From assembly GCF_009834535.1 (NCBI RefSeq), contig NC_045696.1:37016001-37080000 (forward strand): 64,000 bases of DNA, read 5' to 3'. A program made the position numbers and the translations under genes. The notes under the pieces are model-generated. The model had not been told where the DNA came from. It worked only from the letters and a program-made list of their open reading frames with translations, and made no database searches. Positions 26,420-38,139 of the stretch are shown here, piece after piece. Origin of the DNA: Camelus ferus. Taxonomy: Eukaryota. Numbering within the stretch: position 1 is the stretch's first letter; the number at the start of each line of letters is the position of its first letter.

Positions 26420-29010
26420 GGAAGTCTGCTTCAATCCAGCAGAAGGTGTCATGGTGGACGTATATGAATGATACACATTATTCCATATGGTCTTGACTCG
26501 AGATATTTGACTTCCCCAGTACAGCCTTAATCTGGTATTGCAGGTACCTGAACACTCTGTAAGCGTTGCACTGCTGATGCCATTATTGCTGACTTTTCAT
26601 GGAAATAAATACATGACAAGTTAAGGACTGGAGTCACCCATGTGACTGGCTAAAGAATCCTGCTAAACATCAAGGATCAGTGCAGTTTGTGAAATTTTGA
26701 GTAACTATTTGAGTGACCCATCACAACCATGAATATCCCTGAAAGTATTAGAAACAATTCTAGTTTTCTAACTTCACCATTTAAAAATATTCCAAGTGTC
26801 TGGCAGGGCTATTTGAGTTCTAATGAACCCCTTTTCCCACTTATGAATTTTGCTGGCCACTGTACATAAGGTTGCCAAAATGAAATCTAAATTGGAATTG
26901 GGTTCTGAGCAAAAAAAAAGAGGTTAATAAAGGCAGTTATTCAGGAATTCTCATTAGTACATTATAACTCAATGGCTCATAAGATTTTAAATGTACTTGC
27001 AATCAGAACTTACGCAGACTGAACCCTTTGTCAGAAATTTATTTGTCTAAAACTTCTTGTGTTTTGAGCCTGACACAGCCACTTTCATAGCTTCTTTGAA
27101 AGACACTTCCTAATTTGCTATTGGGTGTTGAAGGAGACTGGTCCTGCCACTGAAGGATATCAGATAATTCAGAGACCATAAATGTCTATCATGTTTCAGG
27201 TGATGTTGGAAGAAGTTCAATAGAGAGCAGCGCAGCTATGCTCATTGATAAAATGGAGCTGATATATGCAAAACCATGATTAGGAGGATTTCACTATGAG
27301 TTCATGCAATCCAGACCTAGTTTTTTCACTGCTTTCCAGAGTCCTGTGATAGAGCCCTTGAGGGGTCTCCCTGTCCTCATCCCAGTATGATTTGAATGCT
27401 TTACTTCCTTTTCAGCAAAACTAATCATGCTGTTTGGTCCACATTAGTGTTCCAGAACTGAGGGTTGAATGGCTTTTTTTGGAAATTGGTTGCAATATAC
27501 TTGATAGATAGTACAAAATCCTACTGGGGAAGGAAAAGATACCGTTCACACTACATGAAGCTGGGAGCAGTTTATTCAACAGGTGCTGGTGGAATTAGGC
27601 TCTTATGCTGAAAATAGCATTTGGATCTTTACAGACACTTGTGCTTAGCCTATGGTCTTATAATATAATGCGAAAGAAGTCCTAGCTAACCAGATGACAA
27701 ACTTCGCTCCTGTTTGAGGTGCTCAGTTACAGGACTCTCTTTGGGAATTTACAGAAATACGGTGATTCATGTAGATGCCCTCCAAAATGACCAAATTGCC
27801 AGCTAAGAAGACATTGGAAAACTATGGTTTTCAGATCCCAAAAACTAGTTCCCGAAGTTCATGAAATGAGTAGGCATAGGTATGCTCAGGCTGTACACAG
27901 TTGAACCTCAAATCAAGTGAGACCACTGATGTAGTAAGAGACTTTGCTCTGGGATCCTGCCAATAGGAAATCTCCTTAAGATAGCTCTACATAAAATCCT
28001 TATTGCTCAGGAACCAGCACTTTGCTGGAATGCACGGACTCCTACCAGGATCTGTAGCAAGCTACAAATGGGTGTTGTTTAGAATTGAGTTTTTTTTTTT
28101 TACTGTATGTTTTGTTTATTCAGTTTCAGCAGCAACTGTGGAAAATACAACTAAATAGCAAACAGGCTAATCAATTTGTTCTACCAGACTATCTTTCTTC
28201 TGATTAACATACACACTATTCTGTTACCAATGTGTGGCCATGAGGAAGAAAATATATTAAACAGATATATCATATTCCTTCATATACCCTGAGAAATGAC
28301 TTCACTGAATATACAATTTTAAACATTGTATTACTTAAAAGAGGTGATGAGAAAGATTTGAGAGACTGAGTCAATTAAATGAATATGCCTTGACATTGAA
28401 TTTAAAAGGCACAAAGGAAGGATTCCACAGAACAGGTATTAGGATCTGGAATATAGGAATGAGCTATTGAGTGATCATACAATTATACAACTTTTTATCT
28501 CTGCAAGCTTACACAATTTTTCTTTTTAGTTACTTGATTTAGTAGTCCTAAACCAACAGCTGTATTTGCATATGCCAGGATAGAGAACAATATGGATGCA
28601 TAAGATGCAGTATCTATTAGCTAAATTTGTCAGCAAATATTCCTAAATGAACTTTAGGGTAGGACAAAATTTTGACCCTTGTGGCTAATTTAGGTGTAAC
28701 TGTGACTATGTCCTTATTACCAAGTGGCAAGGACAGTCTAGTTATTTTTTACCTATCAAGTCCTAAGACTTCTTCCTGAAAAGGGGATAAAGACAGGACC
28801 TGTTGTAGCAATTGTTATGGATGTTTCTGTCTTTCTTTATGTAAGCATTATCCAAACCAGAGCACCCCATTAAGGAAGGAAGTATATGAGTTAAAACAGG
28901 TAATAGAAGAAAGGATATATTTATGGCAATTGAGAACAATACTCATATATGGATTGTAATTTCAGGGAAAGATGCAGTGACTTTATTCCCTTAGAGTGTC
29001 TCAGAGCAAC
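26420..29010 (+). pseudogene. Decayed class III (ERV-L-like) retroviral pol: partial RT, RNase H, integrase, dUTPase-like segment
   Basis: Manual translation: YLTSP (26504), eroded HYxDD site (26581), WLKNPAKHQGSVQFVKF (26647-26697), GLFEF and LELGSEQK (26.8-26.9 kb), WIFTD (27622), VIHVDA (27762), VHEMSRH (27857), GLLPGSVASYKWVLFRIE (28036), LSSD*HTHYS (28193), VANLGVTV (28681), MAIENNTHIWIVISG (28923); same order as ERV-L Pol. Confidence 0.88.
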
Positions 29011-30290
29011 AGAATAATATTCTTAGCTGTCTCTAAGATATCATATTAATTATTGGCAAATGTTGAGGGAAAAAATCTGACCTGTTTTGTACAAAGAATA
29101 GAAACTGACTTTTGCTGATTTATGGATTCTGCCGAAAAACTTGATCTGGATAATTTTGGGGAAAAAAATGTCACAAGGCACCCTGATGATTCAACCAATT
29201 AGAACTATCACTGAGTTTATGATTTGTGGACTATATTTACTACTTTTGTTCTTTTAAAATATATCATGATTTAAAGAATACACTTGAATCATTCTGCTTA
29301 GCTTCTTCTGCACATGGTATGGATTTGAAATAAGCCTGATGAGCAGCCAATTGATATCATTTTCCCAGAAGGTCAGCACTTGACTTGCGTCTTTGACTAC
29401 AGTAAATGTTAATGTGGATTAAATATCTTAGAAAAGTGGCATGGAAATAGGGTAGCCGCAAGAGAAGGGGACTTCAGGTTCTATGGCAGACATATATTAC
29501 AAATAACTCTCCTTTTGAGATGCCTATTTGCTGTTTGTGGCAACCCACACTGAGCTGTTTTTAGGTTTACACTCTGCCCTGTGGAGAGTTTAATTGGCTA
29601 CACTATTCCTCTGCAGGTATACCCAGCCTGTCCTTTGTCAAAAACAGCCCATAGTAACAATTTACGTGGTGACTTGATGAGAACTGGACATATTAGGCTA
29701 GATGTGGTACAAATTTTAGTTGACTGTCACATGATTTTAGAAGCATAATGGGCATATTATTTCAGGAGACTGGCATCAGCAGACAGTTAAAGAAGATGAT
29801 GAATAATTTATGAGTTGGCTAGGCATATCACTAAACTGATGAAACCCCAAACCCATTAGTAGCTCTGATAGAGGGCTTACTTATGCCTTCACTGAAGAAG
29901 GACAGTACAGATTCTGGTGTTTTTAAAGATCTTTAGTCAGTAATGTTAATGACCCAGGCTAAGCTGGTGTATTTTGAGGATATGGATAGCCTAAACTATG
30001 AAAAGATGCCACAGGCACAAGATCCTTGCTCTCTGTTGTCACAGGTGTTGAAGATGAAAAATCCTCTCTTCTATGATTCAACTGGGACTGGACACATAAA
30101 TAATCAACATCATGTTCCATTTGTGGGGAGGCATGGACAATGTCATATGATTCTAGAAACCTGTATCTGTAAAAATTTATATTATGATATTTAAGATATG
30201 CTTATGTCCATAAATCAGACAGAATCTACAATTTACTGACAAGTGGCCTTCAATTGCTTCCCTAGTCACTGGAAACATGGGAAATGGTCA
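29010..30290 (+). pseudogene. Decayed retroviral env (gamma-type) of the same provirus
   Basis: Hydrophobic leader then NLTCFVQ and an eroded C/WIC motif (29074-29132); fusion-peptide/heptad-like FRSIMGILFQETGISRQLKKMMNNL (29736-29810); C-x6-W-C at 29944-29970, one base from CX6CC. Confidence 0.6.
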
Positions 30291-31069
30291 TTTCTGTTGG
30301 GAAGGAACAAAACATGATAGTGTAACTTTTTAATCTCTCTGTCATGTCTGTGTGATGTAATAATAATTTGTATATTCATTAATAGAATTAAATGAAACAA
30401 AACCTATTTGCATGGTGCCCTCATGCCCTTGAAAATAGAAAAAATTTTAGGAAGACTGATTTGAAATCCATCAATATAAAAATTATTGGCCAGGAAAAAA
30501 GTAAAGTTGGCTTTAAATTATAGAAGAAAGTGATGACAGCAGCATTTCCTTTCTCTGAGATCTAGGGTATGAGTGATTGATCTAGGACTCTGTTTCTTAT
30601 AAACGTGGTATGATATTTGCCAGTGGAAAGATAAGGGTGGTATTTTCTACTTAGAAAGACATGCCTTTTTATTTGGATCTGTCAGTATGCCTAGATTGCT
30701 TATTGTATGTATACTTGAAAGTTGATAGACTCTTTTTAGAGAATAGCTGACTGGAGAATAGTAGACGTCTTTTATATGTGAAACTGAGGAACCCCCAAAG
30801 TAAATGGCTTCTTTGGATAATGTTTCCATGCACATTGTTCAGAACTTGTCCATTTATCCAAAATCACAATGTGTAGTAAATTTGAAGTAATGATTTTTTT
30901 TTCTGAAACTACGTCTAAAAGTTTTGGTTCATTTCATATAGAATATATTTGTCTATATCTATAGAATTATTTATTTTTGGAGTTAGCTAAGAACTATCAT
31001 TTTTATGATTCTTTGACAATTCACCTTCTGCATTATTATATCATGAATTTAAATATCACCTAAATACTG

Positions 31070-31337
31070 AGCTGAAGACTTAATAGATTTTGATTACTTG
31101 ATCTATCCACTTGAATTTCTCACTTAAAATTTTATCACTTGATTTGCATCTCCTTGATCCATGTAAAATCTAATTTTTTTCTCTTTCTCCCCATTTTACA
31201 ATTATTCTCCCTCTTATAAATTGACCAATCAGAGAAATTTTCATTAATTTCTCCTTTGTCATTACTCCAGAACGCACAAAATCCCATAGATTCTCTATCC
31301 AAGTTATTTTTCAATATCTCAACTGTCTATCTCATAG
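31070..31337 (+). mobile_element. L2 relic interrupted by a solo LTR
   Basis: tacttgatctatccacttgaatttctcac and downstream L2-like pyrimidine-rich sequence; similar sequence resumes after 31861. Confidence 0.5.
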
Positions 31338-31857
31338 TGTCATGAAGTCCAAACTCATTGTGCTCACTACATGACAGGCAAAGAAATCGGGAGACAAGGT
31401 GTTGGGTCAAGGATTATTAACTTTATTCAGAAAGCCAGCAGACTGAGAAGACGAGGGACTAATATCCTAGAGAACCATCGTCTTCTTCATGTCAGAATTT
31501 AGTCTCCTTTTATACTAAAAGGGGAGGGGATGTGGTTGGTTGTTGCAAATTTTTTGATGTCAAAACCCTTTGTTCTTGCAGCTGTCCACATGGGTCAGGT
31601 CATGATGTTCCTGTAAACTTCTAACATCACAAATGCTACTCTCTGTTCTGCAATTTTTTTTCTCTATATGAATAGAAAAGTGTTACACCCTTAAAGGTCA
31701 GAGCCTTGAGAATGGGCTATCCTGTATATTTCAGACTATAGGCAACATTCTTTTACAAAAGGTGCAGAACCAGCATGGCTAAGCACAGGAAACAGCACAG
31801 GGTTAGAGCTAAAGGAACAGATTGAATATGTAGTCAGTTTTGTTCCTCTCTATTACA
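31338..31857 (-). mobile_element. Solo LTR, ERV1-type, 520 bp
   Basis: TGT...ACA ends, perfect 4-bp TSD ATAG (31334-31337 and 31858-31861), minus-strand AATAAA near 31422. Confidence 0.9.
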
Positions 31858-32169
31858 ATAGTGCAAAATATGATTATCTCTCACACAGATCATCACAGAC
31901 CATGAAGTTGGGCTTTCTGAGTTCCCATTTGCCCCTATGTTCATACATTGTAATGAATGTCATTGGAAAACTTAAAAGGTGTTTAGCAATTTGTTAACCA
32001 CGGTTGACCTCAAATAGGAGCCACCACATCCCTGCGATGGAAGCAGCTCACATAATCCTAGCATCTCTAATGAGGAAGTGACAGTCCAGGAAGACAAAGA
32101 CACCAAGAATGCGCAGCATAGAGCACAGAAAGGCAAGAGCTATGTAGATACAAAGCTACAATGTATTCT

Positions 32170-32525
32170 ACTATTGATCATGCTTTTAGTGCCTTATCCA
32201 AGAAATTTTGGCACAACTGAGGTCACAAAGATTACTCTTATGTTTTCTTTCAGAAGTTTATAGTTGTAAATTGTACAACTAGGTCTGTAATCCATTTATA
32301 AAATTAATTAATTAATCAATTAATTTATAAAAAATATTTTTTCTTTTTTTTTTTTTTGAAGGGGGAGGTAATTAGGTTCTATTCATTTATTTATTTTTTA
32401 GAGGAGGTACTGGGGATTGAACCCAGGACCTCGTGCATGCTAAGCATGTGCTCTACTACTTGAACTATACCCTCCCCACCTTGTAATCCATTTTAAATTA
32501 AATATTTGTGTATGGTGCAAGGTAC
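32170..32525 (-). mobile_element. Old L1 ORF2 fragment hosting the SINE
   Basis: tatgttttctttcagaagtttatag...taggtctgtaatccattt...tttgtgtatggtg matches the equivalent region of other L1s in the window. Confidence 0.7.
32298..32481 (-). mobile_element. tRNA-derived SINE, camelid Vic-1 type
   Basis: Minus strand GGGGAGGGTATAGTTCAAGTAGTAGAG (A box)...GGGTTCAATCCC (B box), ACCTAATTACCTCCCCC spacer, A-rich tail; 12-bp TSD TGTAATCCATTT at 32286-32297 and 32482-32493. Confidence 0.9.
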
Positions 32526-33427
32526 AAAGATTACTCTATCAGATCCAAAACTGGTCTGTATCCTCAAAAGGAATTAAACCATAACTTTTAGAAATACCTT
32601 TTCTACCAGATAAAGAATCATTTTCACATGATCAGTTCTCTACAAATTAATCACAAATGTAGAGTTTGCTTTCTAATCAATAGCAAATACAAGTCAAACA
32701 AAATGAGACCCTTCTAGTCAAGGAACCTTTAGGTGACTTTGTTAGGCAGTATTCTAATATGTCACTGAAAGGACTTGTAATCACTTTTCCCTTTTATTTC
32801 TAAGTTTTGAATGATTTTTATTAATAGGTACTATGGACTGTGGAATAAGTTGATGACAAAGGGCCTACCTGCTAATGAATTATGAATCTGAATATTAAAG
32901 TGATTTTAGAATATTGTAGGCTTGAAGAAGTCTAGAAATATTCCAACCCTATAGTAAACAAGGAATTTCACTACATTAATTTATTTGTAATAACAAATAT
33001 AAATTGCATTAAAACTAAGATTATTTTGAAATTAGCATATCTGTATATTTGAATATATATTAGTAAAATAGCAGTAATAAACATTTCATTTTTTTAACTC
33101 TTAACTAGTAGAATGAGAATTTATACAAAAGTGGTTTTCCAAATGATTTGCCTTAGAATCACAGTGAGAACTCTGGATCCCTTTAATATTTTAAGATTTC
33201 TGCCAATTAACTCATCATTCGCTCCTGAGACTATCTCATTTTTATCTGATTTATTTTCAGTGTCTTCATCCACTTGTTACAATGCCATAATGTAAGTTCA
33301 GGTCCAGCAACTCAGTAACATTTCTCTGGGCAAACTGACATTGATTAATTGCTAAACTTTACCAAAAGAAAAAAAAAGTGTTCTTATCCTACTTTCCTTT
33401 TTCACTCCCGTAATACGTTGTACTTAC

Positions 33428-33491
33428 CTCTGTGAGGATATAAGAATACTTGTCTTTTATAGTTTTGTAATTGTTTCCTTTAGGATATTTC
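33428..33491 (-). other. Candidate internal exon (64 nt)
   Basis: ttttcttccttccag acceptor and GAG|gtaagt donor; one open frame KYPKGNNYKTIKDKYSYILTE that I do not recognise. Confidence 0.35.
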
Positions 33492-35290
33492 CTGGAAGGA
33501 AGAAAATATGCATTACTTCTCTTGATTCAAATCCAACATAAAACTGTTACCTTGCTGACATGTATTCAATGAGAAGGGGTAATTTAAGAAAAAGGTTAGT
33601 CAAGGATAAAAGCTTACACCTAATGAGTGATCACTGTCCATATCTATAAAGGAAATAGTTTCTTGAGAAGATAGGCACACATTTCATTGAACTAACTAGA
33701 TTTAAAATTCTAATTTAAGACTTTTTAAACTTCTGGAAGCTCTCTAGTGTTCTCTGTTAAATCCATTATTTTCATTACACGTCTTTCCGTAGACTTAGCA
33801 CCCTGTTTAGAAATCAAATGCATATAATTAAAGATTGAAGAAACAAAAGCAGTTGCATTAATCTTCTCTTTGTTTCTTCATCAGCATTTGTCATTTTAAC
33901 CCATACTGACCTCGACTGATGTCTACTTCTAGTTGTAACTTAAATATAATAAATGAGCAACATATGGCTGTGCATTCTAATACTCAAATATGGTACAAGC
34001 CAGTCACTTGCTCAGTAGTGACCAGTTATTTACCACACAGACTGTAGCGCAGAAATTGAGGGATTTGGTCTTTGTTTACATTTAAATTAATATAAAAATT
34101 TTGTTCCAGGAGGATTTTGAACCAGCATCACTTTTTCAAGCTCTTTCACCTTGTGCTAAATGAGAACATCATCCCTAATATTGCTTTGCTCCTCTCTATT
34201 TCCTGTGGGATGAATAAGCCTACCCTTTTTCAAATATGATTACCCTCTTCTTCAATTTTACCATTCCTGTGGAATTAGATCACCTTATCAAGTACAGCAG
34301 TTCAATAATAGCCTTCTTTAAATAGGTACATGAAGGTCAACTTGAGACTTCCTTCTCTACAGGGATCAAAAAGAGGTATGAAATGCCATTACAGCCTAAA
34401 TTCTGATTGTCTCTAACCAAGCGGAAGGTGCTTTTATAAATAAATCTAGGTTTATAACAGATGGCTTAGCACAAACAGAGAGGGAATCAATAAGAAATGT
34501 GAAAACAACTGTAAGCCAATGAATATTAATAGCCATATTAAAAGGACCATATGAACTCTTAGAAACTGTATACATTATTATTATTTCAGAATTCTTATTT
34601 TTAATAAAGGATATATTATAGTCATATGTGATGCAGTTTATTCTTTTAGTATATGTTTATCTCTAACATGTTTTCATACAATTGTAAACTAAAGCGAATC
34701 ACAGATATGACTATAAATAAACAGCATGCCTATATTTCTGCATATTTCCTAAAGTTCTGTGAATATACTGTTCATTGCTCTTATAACTATCAGAATGCCA
34801 AGAGTTTTCAGCTCACCACCTGCAATAGAATTTGTGTAAAATGGTATTTATAATTTCCCAGATGGTAGGATAGAGAAGTTTTTGCACATGTTTATGAATT
34901 TTTATGTCCTTTGATGTTTTTCTTTAAAAACGGATTGAATTTTTCTTTTTTCATTCAAAATTTTATTGCCAGTGAAGTGCTTAATGATAGAAAATCTCCC
35001 CTGAAAGTGAACTGGAATTCAATTATTTTCAATCTCATTTAAATGTATAGTGTATGCTAAGCTTTAGGTAAAAATATGACTTGTTAGGTAGTCATACATT
35101 TCCACTGAACTGAATTTCACATTGGGCTGACTTCCTTTGTCAAATCTTCATCTAATGAGTAATAGAAGACTATTGCAGACCCAGTATCTTTTCCATATTG
35201 TCTCATGAGTCTAGAAATCTGTTTGTTTCATATAATAAATTAGTGAAACATGACTCTGTCCCTGAAATGTCTAGTATAACATAACTCCAC

Positions 35291-35828
35291 CGGGAAAAAT
35301 GTGTAACTTGGGCTGTGGAGCCCTGGCTCAGTGATTGGCCAGACCCATGAAGCCTGTTTGCAGCAGAGCATCCAGAGAACCCCCATGGTTAGGTCACTCA
35401 GGATGGCTGTTCTCTTGCTCTCTGGACATCCCCTGCTTCAGCAGGCCCTGCTTCACTCCCATGACTATCCAATCTTCTTAATTATAGGACTTAAGTCAGT
35501 TACTGTCCTGTGCTTGCCCCTGCCCCAGCTGCTGGTTTCCCTGGTAACTGATGAGCCAACCTGACGTCAATTCCCCCTATAAAATGTAGCCTCCTCCCCC
35601 ACCCCCGAGTAGGGAAGATTACTGCCATGTTCTGTGTGCCGTCTGCCGTCTGCCGTCTGCCGTCTGCCATACACGATGGGATGTCACTCCAGGATCTTTT
35701 GCTTCAGACTTGTAAGAGCTGCTATCCAATAAATCGGGATGTCTCTGTCACTGTAAACAGGCTCCCTCTCCGGTCTTGAGGCTGGGCAACTACGAAGCTT
35801 GCAGGCCGGCAGGGCACACACTCCAACA
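35291..35828 (+). mobile_element. Solo LTR (ERV1-like); left edge uncertain
   Basis: GC-rich block ending ...ctccaaCA, TATAAAA at 35578, AATAAA at 35728, followed by L2-like DNA. Confidence 0.75.
35637..35670. repeat. (TGCCGTC)4+ tandem repeat within the LTR
   Basis: Read directly. Confidence 0.9.
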
Positions 35829-35829
35829 G

Positions 35830-36250
35830 CACCACATTTCAGGTATATCCTTAGCCTACATTTCTGCTCGGAACCCACCAGTGGTTTTCCACATTGTTTA
35901 GTCATAAATACCCAAAAAGATGATGACTTGGTTAAACTCATCTCCTACTTTTCTCTGCTTTGCTCATTTGGTTCCATGCACACTTGCCTTCACACTCTTC
36001 CTTCATCACACGAGGCATGTTCTATCATCAGAGTTCTTGAACTTGCTGTTTTCGTTGCCTGGAACGCTCATCTCAGGCACCTGGCAAAGCACATAGCTGG
36101 ATCTATCACCTCTTTTGGGTTTAAACATAAATGTTACTTTCTCAATGAGAACTTTCTTGTTCACCATGCTACCTAAAACTAATTTCCTCACCATGTTATT
36201 TATCTTTTGCTGTTTTCAGTTTTTCTTATTACTTCTTACCTAATGTTGTG
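35830..36250 (+). mobile_element. L2 relic
   Basis: cttgctgttttcgttgcctggaacgctc...aaatgttactttctcaatgagaactttc. Confidence 0.65.
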
Positions 36251-38139
36251 TGTGTCTGTGAAGTATTTTCTTTCTTTCTTCCTTTTTCATTTTTAATTGT
36301 TCTCTCTCTCTCTCTCTTTCCCTCTCCTTATAATTTTTGTTTTCGAAAACCATGCCCTAGTAAATAATCCTTGCTTTACTTCCCACGTATACCTGAAGTC
36401 ATAGGCACGCCCAGACACCCTCTGACATACTGGTTATATTTCAGTTTCTTACACTTCCCAGGTCTCGTATGGGATATCAGGGCTTTATTTCCTGAATCTG
36501 ATCTTTCCACCATTCCCTTCAGATGGATTCCACGTGGGGTCTGCCTCACTGCTGTTTTCTGTGGTTTTATCTTAGAACACTGCCTCTTGCATCCTTGCAC
36601 AGAACTCAGAGTCTATCAACTAATCTGAATAAAGCATGTAGATTCACTTTACAATAAATGTGCTTGTACACTAGGTAAGGTGGGGGGGGTGTCAGGTAAT
36701 CTACAAATACGCTGAAATAAACTGGGGCATGAATAGCACTTTTCTGAAACTTGTAAGTTAGCCTACAATTGGCTACTGGTAGCAAAGACAGGTACCAATA
36801 AACAGCAGACAGTTGAAACAGCAGGCTTCTAGAGCCTCAAGATGCCCTGGTAGTCTGTTACAATTATCTCCTATAGAAACATGGAAAATAGTAAACTTTT
36901 TTTCCTTTTATTTGGTTGTCCCAACACATTCTATTCTGCTAAGGTAATATTTTATAAAATATAAAATATGTTAAAATTTTAATTTGGCTTTAAAATGGAT
37001 TCAGTCTCTCCACTAATATTTAAAATATGGTATTGGCTTTATGCTTCAAAACAACGCTAGGTAAATGTATCGTGAAGGTGAAGCACCACTTTAAGATGTT
37101 CTGATTTGCCTGACACCAGCTGATTCTAATAATCTTGACAAATCTTCTTGACAAAGTATTTTCTTTGGTAAATGAAAACAACTTTCAACTTGAATAGAAT
37201 TCTATTTGAAGCTGTTGCTAATCATTAATACAGCAAAGACACGTTGTATCTGAGGATTTAAACTACATGAAGTTTTAGCTAAAATGGTCAACTCAAGAAT
37301 GAGAGAAAGGACGGCATTTTCCCCAAAGACAGAAATGATTGTTGAGAGCAAGTTCAAAATTTAACAAGAAAAAAATATGCTGCTTATATTTTCTGTTTCT
37401 TTCTATCCCTTAGAGAAAGATTATAATCTGACATGCGTGAGTGAAGGAGAAATAACGGAGAAACTAACCATAGAATTTTAAAGATGCCAGGGTCTCTAGA
37501 TAAAAATCTAGTTTGGCATCCTTTATACAAGTGAAAACAATCTGAGGCCGCTGAGTAATAAAGCTGGTTTATATCAGATGTAGGTCTAAAATCCAGGTAC
37601 CCTGACAACTTAGTCCTGCTTTTTTTCATCCAATGTAGATAAAAATAAGGTAATCAAAGAAACAGCTTGCTAAATCAACAGTTAAAAAGTAACAGGTAAA
37701 AACATTTTTTTGTTAGCTTGAAGTCCTAGAACACAATGAAAGCCACTAAAGGGTTTGGAAAACACCTAAATATTTGGTAAGACAACAAAGAGTTACATTG
37801 AATGGAGACTAATCTTCCAAAAACTAATATAAAAATAAAGATAGGAAAGTGTAGCATTTATGATATTGATTCTATATTTTTCCTTTTTTTTTCTTTTGCT
37901 AAAAAATGTAGTACTTTGGTGTTTGTTTTCTTCAAGGACTTTTAACAAGTATATATGATATATATATATTTTTTACATGTATAAATACATATAGAATCAA
38001 TAAACAAACCTATTCCTTGGATCTTGACAGAGTCAATAAGTGAGGCACAATTCCACCTCAGAATTACGCCATGCACCAATATGAGCATCACTATTTTTGG
38101 GGGGTTGGGGGGTTTGTGTATATCTCTTTAATTCTTTTA

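Noticed and set aside
27730..27810. LFGNLQKYG..HVDA resembling a negative-strand RNA virus L protein GHP motif (non-retroviral EVE)
   Set aside because: No GDNQ or other L motifs found; the flanks are collinear retroviral RNase H and integrase, where HVDA is expected
29943..30194. 83-aa ORF as an intact env product
   Set aside because: Not in the frame of the CX6CC-like motif; surrounding frames are full of stops
32400..32481. tRNA gene
   Set aside because: tRNA-derived SINE head with tail and TSD
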